A DNA stretch of 64,000 bases, taken from Macrostomum lignano (taxonomy: Eukaryota). Below, one piece after another: positions 12,877 through 23,700 of the stretch. The notes under the pieces were generated by a model. The model saw only the letters and a program-made list of their open reading frames with translations. It did no database searches and was not told the DNA's origin. The translations under genes were made by a program, and so were the position numbers. The stretch lies in contig NIVC01000709.1 in the NCBI GenBank assembly GCA_002269645.1, forward strand, positions 62,001-126,000. Reading direction: 5' to 3'. Every line of letters begins with the position of its first letter. Within the stretch, counting starts at the first letter, position 1.

Positions 12877-15293
12877 ATGCGCTCTCCCTCACCTCTCCCG
12901 TTCCAGCCGTCCCCCTGCTGCAGCGGCTGCAGCTGCAGCCCCCGCCGCCTGCTGTACGCCCTGTTCTGCCTGTCCTCCTGGGGCGACCGCATGTGGACTT
13001 TCGCGGTCGGCGTCTACCTGGTGCAGATCTCGCCGGCTCGCTGTCGCTCACGGCGGTGTACGGCCTCTCCTGCAGCCTCGGCGTGTTCTCGCTGGGCTCG
13101 GCCATCGGCAACCTCATCGACCGGTCGCCCCGGCTGCTGGCCGCTCGCACCAGCCTGGTGATGCAGAACGGCCTCGTCAGCGTGTGCGCTGTGATCGTCT
13201 GCCTGATTCTCTCCGGTCTGGTGACCGCTCAGGCCGCTGCCGCCTTCGAGGCCGCCAAGGCGCTGGTGGTGGCGACGGCCCTGCTGGCTCAGCTGGCCAG
13301 CGTAGCGTCGAAGATCTGCGTCTCCAAGGACTGGATTGTCGCCATCTGCGGCTCGGACAAAGAGCTGTTAGCGACGGCCACCGCGCACCTGCGCCGCATC
13401 GACCTGTCCTGCCAGGTGCTGGCGCCGCTGCTATTCGGCATGGTGACCACCTTCGTGTCGCCGCTGGCCTCGGCCATCACCGTGGCCTGCTGGAACCTCG
13501 TCTCCATGTGCGTCGAGTGGACGCTGCTGGGCCACATCTACGCCTCGGTGCCGCGGCTGGCTGAGAAAAACCAGCCGGCTGAAGCGGCTCAGCAGGACGC
13601 CGACGTTCTTGTTGAGGACGCCAATGATGACGCTGCACCCGCCGCCGCCCCCGCCGCCGCACCCGCCGCCGATTCCCGTTTGCGGACCCGAATAGTTGGT
13701 CAAATTCGCGACCAGGTGGCGGGCTGGCAGCTGTACTTCCGGCAGCCCGTGTTCTGCGCCGGCCTGGCCCTGTCCAGCCTGTACCTGACCGTGCTGGGCT
13801 TCGACAATGTCACCACTGGCTACGTGTACTCACAGGCGGTGCCAGCGGCCGTGCTGTCCGGCTGCCTGGCCGTGTCGGCCGTATTCGGCCTGCTGGGCAC
13901 CCTGCTGTTCCCGGCGCTGCGGTCCCGCTTCGGCCTGCTGAGCTCCGGCCAGACCGGTTTCGTTCTGCAGGCGCTCAGCCTCCTGCCTTGCGTGCTGTCC
14001 GTCTTCGCGCCAGGCAGCCCCTTCGACCTGACGGCCGCGCCGCCCGTCCAGCAGATCAACGTTACGCAGCCGCAGTTCACCGAGCTGATGCTGTTCACCT
14101 TCGATGTCGGAGGCGCCGCTGGCGGCAACGGCACCGACGGCAGCGGTGGCGATCGACCGTCTTCCTACGCGTCGGTGGCGCTGCTGCTGGCGGGCATCGT
14201 GGTGTCGCGCACGGGGCTGTGGCTGGCCGACCTCAGCATCACCCAGCTGTTCCTGGAGACCGTGCCGGAGCGGGAGCGTGGCCGGGTGTACGGAGTTCAG
14301 GAGAGCCTCAACCAGCTGCTGGACCTGGCCAAGTTCGGCCTGGTGGCCGCCCTGCCGCTGGTCACCCAGTTCGGCCTGCTGGTCTGCCTCTCCTATGCGG
14401 CCATCTGCTGCGGCGGCTGTCTTCACCTGCTGCAGGTGAGCCTTGCTGCCGTCACCACTGCTGCCAACCTCATCTCAGATCATTAAGGTCACATTGCAGG
14501 GGTTCTGCAATGGCTCCCTTCCAGGGCCGGGCTTGTGTACAAGAAAACTGGTCGTGGGTTGTCCCCAAGGCACAGAGTCTACTGTACATGCCTGAAGCTT
14601 AGAATTCAGGGCCGCTGCACACCCCGTGTACATCATGAGCAAACACAGCCTAAAAAGCATTGAAATGGCACGGCTCGACTCATTGATTTTATGAATCTAT
14701 TTTATCAATCTTAGCTGGCTGTGTAACAATATTGTGTAGCAGAGATGATAAAAAAGATTCATAACTTTTCTGATTTTCAGGTACAGGAAATGTACGTAGA
14801 ATAAAAAAAATAGACATAGAATTCTAATTTTCTAAACGAAAGCTTTGAATGTGAATAGAGCTATGAGAAAGGCACAACATATCAAAAGGTGAACATTGGG
14901 TCTGCCTCTTATCTAAAGCAGTAACCATTTTTTGCTGAAAGAATGAAAACTTTTTATCTCGGTAGGTATTTAAAATAGTATTTTTGCTAAAATCGATCGC
15001 ATACCTAGATAGATAGATAGATACCGACAGACCATTTTTAGTATATGGACTAGATATTTCGGCGAAATCCAGCCTCTTAAAGCTGTCCTTGGCAACCCCG
15101 CACCCGAACCCACGATTCTCCGCAGATATTCCGAAGCCGCAGTCGCAGCCGCACGGATTCCGCTGACAGCCGCAGCCTGACGAAGAGGCTCTTGACGGCC
15201 TGCTGCCCGAGCTCCGCCGCGTCTCTGCCGGTGAACCCGCCGCTGCAGTCGCCGATGTACCTGGACACGATCCCGACTGACGGGGCAGTCTAG
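12877..15293 (+). CDS. SLC40A1: Ferroportin (SLC40A1/FPN1 family iron exporter), 2 exons, with a 1-nt frameshift near 13033
   Basis: LYALFCLSSWGDRMWTFAVGVYL, SLTAVYGL...AIGNLIDRSPRL, RRIDLSCQVLAPL, LYLTVLGFD and SRTGLWLADLSITQLFLE are ferroportin motifs. Adding one C at 13033-34 joins the 12877 and 12993 frames. Donor cag|gtgagc at 14435 and acceptor ccgcag| at 15125 give an in-phase last exon 15126-15293 (this exon is inferred). Confidence 0.9.
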
Positions 15294-15985
15294 CCGGCCT
15301 GTTGCTTGGCGCTTCAGTTTTTATTGCTCACTTTCTTCAACTTTACAAGTGCTGCCGTGTCGCAGGAGTGACAGCTGTGGCAGACGCGCTGACATTCCTG
15401 CGACGTCACTTCGCTTTCTTTGAGCTCAGTGCTCACATTTGTCTAGTAAGCTTTAGGAAGATTTATCAGAATTGTGACCTTCTAAAATGATTCGATGATC
15501 GATCGACTGCGTTATTTTTAATCGTGCAAATTTCCAATCTCGCTACTTCGAACTCAAGTAGTATTGCTGTCAAATTTAAATCTAAAACTATTAAAAAAAC
15601 TTCAATTTATCAAATTACTGGTATTCTCCACAGATGCAGTTTTAACTGTCCAGATGTACAAATGTTTTTAAAACCATTTCAGAAATTTATATAACTCTGC
15701 TTTCTCATTCCTTTGGTGGCTTTCCTGGCTTCTAATTTTGCACAGACCTGCCAAACTGATCAAACCGAATTCAACCTCCCTATAGTCCAATTTTATAGTC
15801 CACTTGTTTTGCTCTCGGCGTCCCTTTATTTTTTATTCTTCAGATTTATTTTTTCTGTATTTTAGTTTTATTTTTCCATGCTTTAGAACGAATTTACAAT
15901 ATTTTGATTTGCTATTTCAAGCAACACACATCTATTGCTGTAAGAAATAGCATATTAGTAATTTTAGTGCACTTTTAAGTGCAAA

Positions 15986-16061
15986 CGCAGATCCAGAAAT
16001 TCAGAGATTAAAGCAACTGCTTCAGAGCAGGAGCTGCTAAACTCAAATTTCTGGATCTGCG
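15986..16061. repeat. Perfect 16-bp inverted repeat with 44-nt spacer
   Basis: cgcagatccagaaatt (15986-16001) / aatttctggatctgcg (16046-16061). Confidence 0.7.
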
Positions 16062-17716
16062 CTGATTCTATTGCGTCAAGTGCACAGTATTTTGATTAAA
16101 AGTACATATACAGTACTTGTAGTGTGAGATGAAGAATGTGTTATACAGAGCTCTGCTTCGTGTCGCCATGAACATGAAGCCATGCGAACCATATTCTATC
16201 CATCAACTTTTACATGTGAATGCAAATATAGGTAAATATCAAGCCTACCATTTTTGTAGTAATAGGAGGCTCAAGCATGACTTAGACAGCTCCTGTTTGG
16301 CCACTACGAAAAACTAAACTTTGTTTGATGAATATTTTTTTAACTTTCAATTAAGAGTTTAGCAGTAAACAGTATCTATAAATATCGATCTGTATGCAGG
16401 AATAGAAATCACTGGACTTAGTAAACTAATCCTGAACTTATGCAGTCCCAGTGTAATTTCCCTTTAAAGTCAGTACATGTAATTTAAAAGTTATGTACAT
16501 CCTAACTGCCAGGTTTTTTCGAATCTTCACGGAATGGCCGATTCTAGCTGATTTCCGAAACGTTTTCTTACTGAATTTCACTTGATGAATTTGCGTAAGC
16601 ACAATTAGCTTCGTTAGCCCCACAACTCCGCGAAATATCGATGTTCTTATGAACCTTGAGTTCCTAATTTTCTACTTTAACATTCCGCGGTGTAACATGT
16701 ATTCAGGTCAAAAAGAAAATATAACTCTATACAATAAGACGCCGCATAGAAGAACAGCAATTTGTTATTTTTCGTTAGTAAACAGTAGTAAACAGCCATT
16801 TGTTGGCTGTGACTGCTACCCAGTACAATTCACTTGTCGTACATTGTAAATTGTATATCGTACATGTAAATTCTAGTACATATAAAAATACACGTACATG
16901 TTTATGTACTAAAAATATATCTTCATGCACCGCAATTTAATTTTTTCAATTAAGTGGCAGTCCAACTTTCTTGCCAACTCGATCACTGTCACCTTTTCTA
17001 CTACCCACCCCTCCTCCGCCCTGATACAATTGCATAATAATTGTTCTGTTGAAATCTCTACACACCTTACTTGTTTTTACTTTACTATGGACCACCCAAG
17101 GAACACTATATAGCTCTATATAATTCTATATACAGTGGTCCTTGGTACCACCCCATATACCACCACCACTTTTGTTGCTTTTGATTTTCACTGCTTAAAA
17201 AACAAAATACTTATACTGCGTCATGACAAGCCTTACGCCGAAACTTCTGTCGCCAAAATAACTTTTCGCTGAGATGACTGGATTCCTCTGAGACTGATAA
17301 ACTCATTTCACCTTTCCTGATTGTTAAAATGAAAAAAAATTCATAGAAATACCTGACTATTTCAAACAGCGATTTTTTCTCCACGCTTGCGCGCTGCTCG
17401 AATACAAGTTATATTCTAAGGGCCAACTTTAGTTATTAAAACGATTTTGTACCTAATGTGAACTATTTCCAATTAATATAATTAGCTTAATTAAATTAAA
17501 TTGCTAAAAGTCTTAAAAACTTCCTAAAAAATTAATAGGTGTCACTTGTCAGGTGACTTTCTTTAAATTAAGACTACATCATAATTGATTAGGCTTAATT
17601 TAAAAATTGTGCTTCCGTTTCAATTCAGTTAGTTTTTATAGCTAGACTAGGCTCTAATTTGATTGGTTTAACATTTAGTGCAACTCTTCCTTGAAGTTTT
17701 GAACTTGAAAATTGTC

Positions 17717-20700
17717 ATGTCAGGAATTGGTTCCACTTTGCTAAAAAAGATGGGATGGAAAGAAGGTAAGTTTTGTAAATGAAGTGAGCATTTATGTTAT
17801 AATTTATTCATTTTTATTTGGTTTTATTTTTACTTATACCAAATATAGGTCTATTTGGCAAATATCAGGGTTTTTTTAAATTCATTTTTGGCGATTTGAA
17901 AGCAAGAAAACTATAAGGCAAAATCCAAAAACGTGGGATAAAAGTAAAAACAGAAATGGTAAAACAAATCTGCGGACATTCAATAGAAAGTAATATATCT
18001 AAAAAAGGGTTTTTGATAGATAGATAGGTCTTAAAAAAATAGTTCTAGATAAAAACTATTGTTTTCATGCTTTATATTGTTGAATAAATAAGAAATAACC
18101 ACAAAAAAAGCATTTTAAAAGTCTGAGTTGACCAATTTGCAATTTTTTGTTTCACTTTTTTCATTATTAAACAATTAATTTTTTAAGACTTGTAGGCCTT
18201 AGAGAAGGCTAATTTTTTTACTACTTACGAAACAAAAAGTAATTTGTGTTTTACTTTTTATTCTATTTAAAAAGATGAAGTATTTATAAGGATTTCAAAG
18301 TTTTTCTAAAACCACATAAACTCACAAAAATTCATACTAATTTAAAGTGCAAAGTTTGCTAGCAAACATCTTTCTCTAAAAGTAAATATGAGTATATTGC
18401 TGATTCCTTGTTGCAAAATAATCTTTAAGTTGTTTTCTTTCATTTAAATATTAACTTGCATAGTATTAGTATTTGTAACATGCCTATATTTAGACTTAAA
18501 AAATTTTGGGTAAAAAATGGTACCACAAAATGTGAACCTAGCATCCAAATCAAATGCTTCCTATATGCTTATTAAGTGACAAAGAACAATGAAATTACAC
18601 TAAAACATGTATCATTGCGGCGTGTATGCAGGAAAAAAATAATTTTCCAAATTGCTTCAGTAGAAGCTGAGTAAAATGCAATTTTCCAATCCTTACGGCA
18701 ATTTGTATGTTTAAATAATAGGCCTAAACATACATGCGCAACCTCCAAAATTTGGTCGGCCGTGCGACTTAGTTTTAACAAAAATGCGACGTAGTTTTCG
18801 GCCAAAAATGCGACTTACATGAAAAAACCTGAAAGCAAAATTAACGCAACTTTGGGTAAACGGCAGGAGTAACTATGACTGTCTTTATTAAGGCAAAATG
18901 CTTCGTCAGCTACTTAATACTACTTTGGTATTTATTTGGGTGGGCATTTTTGCAACTTACCTTGGTTGGCCGCCAAATCAGTCGTCCATATCGGCCAACT
19001 ATTGTGCATGTATGGTTTTGACTCTTGTCATTCCTTATCGTATTTGTACCCCATGTGGCACTAGAACAGTACACTTGACACGGAGTGTTTTAGGCATGAT
19101 TGTACAGTGTAAGGTTGCAAAAGTGGGGAGTGGCAGATATACATATGTATATATAGCTGTATGAGTATGATGGCACAAGCTAAGGCTAAGTCAATGCATG
19201 CAGCGATAAAAGCAGTCTGTAAAGCCAAATAGTGAAAGTTAACCTTAACTTATAGCACCTTGGCAGCCTATGCTCTCTGCCTGCATCTGATACGAGCATA
19301 TAACTAAACTGCCAAGGCAATTGGTTGTATTTACACTTACTTTCTGTACATGAATTGGTAAAGGTAAGGGCTTTTAAATGTTTTATTTATATAGTAATAC
19401 TCATAAATCAATTTTATTTTATCACCAAAATCATATACTCGACTTAATCTTTCACAGAATGATGTGCAGCCTTAGTTGTCTTTGCCTACTGATTCTAAGT
19501 GGCATCCTAGCTATCAATGGTATTCTAGCTGAGAGTGAGTGCTCAATTGTTATAAATGAGTTAAATACTGATGAGCCTAATATTGGATCTCAAGAATTTT
19601 CAGAGTTCATTGAGCTAAAGAAAGTTTGTTCTACAACTGCAATGCTATTAGGATCAGTGCCAGTGAGACTCCATGATTTTCTTCTGATTGGAGTTCAAGA
19701 ATATAGCGGCGATTTTAGACGACCTGTGGTTTCATTTTCTGCTGACTTCTATCGGTCCTCGGGCTTCAAAACGGACAGCAGTTTCTTTGTTATTGCATCA
19801 AAAGGGAAGCAGGAAGCAGCAGATATGTTTTTTACCGATACATCTATTGGGTATCAGGGAAAAACTAGACATGGGCTGCCAAGTTCCGCTCCTAGTAGAT
19901 CATCGCAGTCATCCATCATTGATTTTTTCAAGTCTGCTAGTAAGACAATTCCAACAGAACCAAATGCATTAATGAATGGGAATGGTAAAAGTGCTATGGC
20001 CATTATTCTCTTGTATCAACGAGACTTTTCTAGATCAGAATCGGACAGTTCAAGTTCCACAACTGCCAGTAGCATTGGAAAACTGCGACTAGCTAAAATG
20101 CATGCAACACAAAGAAGACCTGTTTATGAAGATAAAATTATCATTGATAACTCATTAGCTGAAATTATTAGGAACAATAACAGGTGCACATTTTTGAGTC
20201 CATTTATCGTAGGCTAAGAGACAAGCCCAACTACATCTTAAAGCCAGCAAGAGAATGGGATGAACTTGGTCATGAGGACTATTCAATAAACCGGTGCCCT
20301 GAATCCAGCAGTGAGTTACGAAAGCCTTTGCTTTTTACAAGGTGGAAACTTGGACAGTTGACTCCAGGTAGATAAAATGACTGCTCAGGTGCTCATTGGA
20401 TTTTAGAGGACAATATTGAAGCCATCATAAATACACCTTCAAGAGAAGCATGTACATTGGCAGACTCAGCATTAGCATCTGCTTCATCAGCAACAGAAAG
20501 AATCGAAATGCGACTAGCTCCTGCTCCAGCTCCATGTTCTGAAAGCTCACACCGTAGTGAATTGGCCAGGTCCTATGAATTTTCAGAGCAAATAGCAGCT
20601 AATCGAGATCATGCTGTTCAAACTGCTGCTGCAGAAAATTCTAATTTTTGCTCTGCTGCAAATGTACAGGAAAGAAGAGAGTTGTTGGAGAATGACCAGC

Positions 20701-23700
20701 AAACAAGCAAACTACAAGTGGAAATTATTAGGCAAGTAAATATTCAAAGACAATCAACGAAACGATCACTTTGCCAAAGTCCTATTGTTGATTTAGATTC
20801 GAGCGACTCAAGGGGTTCAGGTGATGTTGAAATAGTACAAGTAAATACTGCAGAAGCAGGGCCATCGCAAAGAAAAATACCATGCATAAGCACATCTGCA
20901 GACGCATGTCTAGCCACTTCAGCATCAAAGCCCTCGTCTTCCTCTATGATGGGCGAAAATATTGAAGTTTTCCCTAAAAAGGACTGGGAGGATACATCTG
21001 GTTTTCGAGAGGAGTGGTTACATTCTTTGGAGATGCACCAGTCACAGTAAGTAAATGGAAACTGACGAACTGTAAATTAATGTATAGTGTATTGTGTATT
21101 GCACTTATTAGCATATTGCTTTTAGATACTCACAAATAGTCCAAATCCCAAAATATTCTCTAATTTGACCATTGCAGATCATTTTCAAGAAAATTTGTGT
21201 CACAAGAAATGAAGACATGGTTTCAATATGTTCAAAACACCGAAGATCTATCAAGATCTGGAATACAATGTTGGATCTGCAGAAAATTTTTGAATGCACA
21301 TAAGAAAAAGGAGACAAATCTAGAGAGCCAACGTAAGTTAACTTTTGCAACAGAACAAGGCTACATTCCCAAAGGTCATGCAAAAGATAGCGTACGAAGA
21401 AAACTACAGGAACATTCATCAAATACACTTCACAGTGACGCCATAAAGTGGATGAAGGAAAAACATACTTCAGTTCTTGCAAAGCAACTCAAACAGATGA
21501 ATGAGGCCGCTAGACTAGCTAAAACTAAACGAGATGAAATAACAGCCCGAGTTTTGACAACAGTTTTTTCGCCAAAGTCAAATCTAATATTCCATTTAGT
21601 GCTCATCCAAATATGATTGATTTACAAGTAAAAAATGGGTTGGATATAGGGAGCCATCATAAGCATCGCAAAAGTGCCGCAGCAATGGTGGAATCAATCA
21701 GTAATACAATGCATCGGACATTTGTGAATTACATTAAAAGTGCTGACAACCTTCCGATTTCTATTGTACTAGATACAACGTCTGATATTCATTCAAACAG
21801 CTACGTCATGATATACTTCAGAGTTCTTGAAAACAGCCAACCTTTGATGTTTTTTTATCGGTTTAAACGTCTGACTGAAGTAGAGACTGGACGAAGCATT
21901 TATGAACTTCTCATCCGTTTATTTTCGGATGACAAGCTAGAAATGAAATCAAACGAAGGCTATGGGGGTGACAACTGATGGTGCATCCGTAATGACAGGA
22001 AGTCGAGTGGGATTAATAAGTCAACTGAGGCCTTGGGCTAGCAAACAATTTTTTCAGCACCATTGTGCAGCGCATAAGTTAGAACTTTCAATCTATCATG
22101 CCTTTGAAATCTTCCCATTTATGCAACATCTCGATAAGAATATAAATTCTCTACACAAATTTTATATGAGCCACGCTGTTAAACGTAAGGCATCTTTGGC
22201 ACAAACTTCGGAAGCACTCAACTTGGTTTTCTATGAATTAAAAAGAATATATCGTATCAGGTGGGTTGCATCGGAAGTGTCTGCTCTTGATGTGATTCGA
22301 AAGTCATACTACTTGCTTCTGACAAATTTAGAAAATATCAAATCACCTTCCTCAGGCTTTGATGACGAAAGTAAAGCAACTGCCTCTGGATTATTGAAAA
22401 CATTGCAAAATGTCCGGTATTATTCATTACATCTATTTCTCATGGACATTCTAAAATTACTGGAATTTGAGTCCTTGCAGTTTCAAAGAGCCAAGGGTAC
22501 ATTTATTGGCTTGCAAGAACGCCACACTAACCTTATCCATTCACTAGAAACCTTAAAAACGAACAATGGTCCTTGCATTGTGGACTTTTTGGCTTCCTGC
22601 AAGTGTCGTCGAGTTTTGGGAACTGCAGATGGATATCCGCAGCTGGAATACCATTCAGGATGTCACACAAGAGACCTATCTTATTCTAACTTTGCTTGTC
22701 CTTCCGGCCCTGGAAGCAGCGATCCAACAGAGAGGTTTGAGTTGAAGCAACCAGGTTCTGCTGCAGACAGATCTCTAAGAAATAGATTATTTGATGCTAG
22801 TGGACGTGGCAGTGTTGTTGACATGGGAGCTTATCCAGCACTGGATGAGATTCGCAGTCGAATCATTGATAGCATAATTGATCAGCTGCGTAATTATTTT
22901 CCTGAGGATGACTACTCAATATTTAATGTGCTCAACCCAGTGTTATTGCCTAATGCTGAAACATTACATACTGTCTTTACATACAGTTCGAGAATCATAC
23001 CTCTTGCTAGACGGTTTGGAATGGAAGATGACAGCTCTGAATCTGAAACAGAGGACCATCTTTCTGATTCAGACTCTAGAGATGCAGATGCTTCAGAATG
23101 CGCTACAGAAAGGACAATCTCTGGTCAGTTCGGTCTACTCCTAAAAAGTTTGATCACTTTGCATAGTGTTGACTTCTGTGCCTACAAAGGCAAAGGTCCG
23201 GTGAAATTTTGGAGTCACTTTCTAGAGACAAGAACTGTTGAATGGCTGCCCAGAATAAAGAATCTAATTATGGTTGTGTTAACTTTGCCAATATCATCAG
23301 CTGAGGCTAAAAGAGGGTTTTCTATCTATAAGCACATTGCCTATGACAGGAGAACACGCTTGGCACCAAAAACATTGGAGCATCTACTACGGATTCGAAT
23401 AAATGGGCCTCCGCTGATGAAATTTAAGCCGGATATTTATGTCAATGATTGGCTGAAAAAACACTGGCGTTCTGATGCTCCTGGAGGTCTACGGCAAAAA
23501 GAATCCAACGTAGACGAGGAAAATAAAGATTCTGATTCTGATTTGCTAAGTGGACTATTTTAAAAGTTTTTTATCAGTTTTAATCTGCTACAATTTTAAT
23601 CAATTATTACAATGGTACATGCATAATCATTAAGACTACAGTTCTTCTAAGTTCATATATAAGACCGTTAGAATCTTGCAGTTTTAATTTGCTAATTAAA

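Noticed and set aside
13289-14660. Overlapping alternative-frame and antisense ORFs over ferroportin (also over nkd exon 4, Gypsy pol and the lipase)
   Set aside because: Shadow ORFs expected from GC-rich coding DNA; no recognisable motifs.
14781-14804. Alternative tiny last exon of ferroportin (VQEMYVE*)
   Set aside because: Phase-compatible, but AT-rich and less coding-like than 15126-15293; cannot be decided without transcripts.
15174-15200. CTGACGAAGAGGCTC resembling the start of the hammerhead core
   Set aside because: No GAAA or stem III follows, and it lies in the inferred last ferroportin coding exon.
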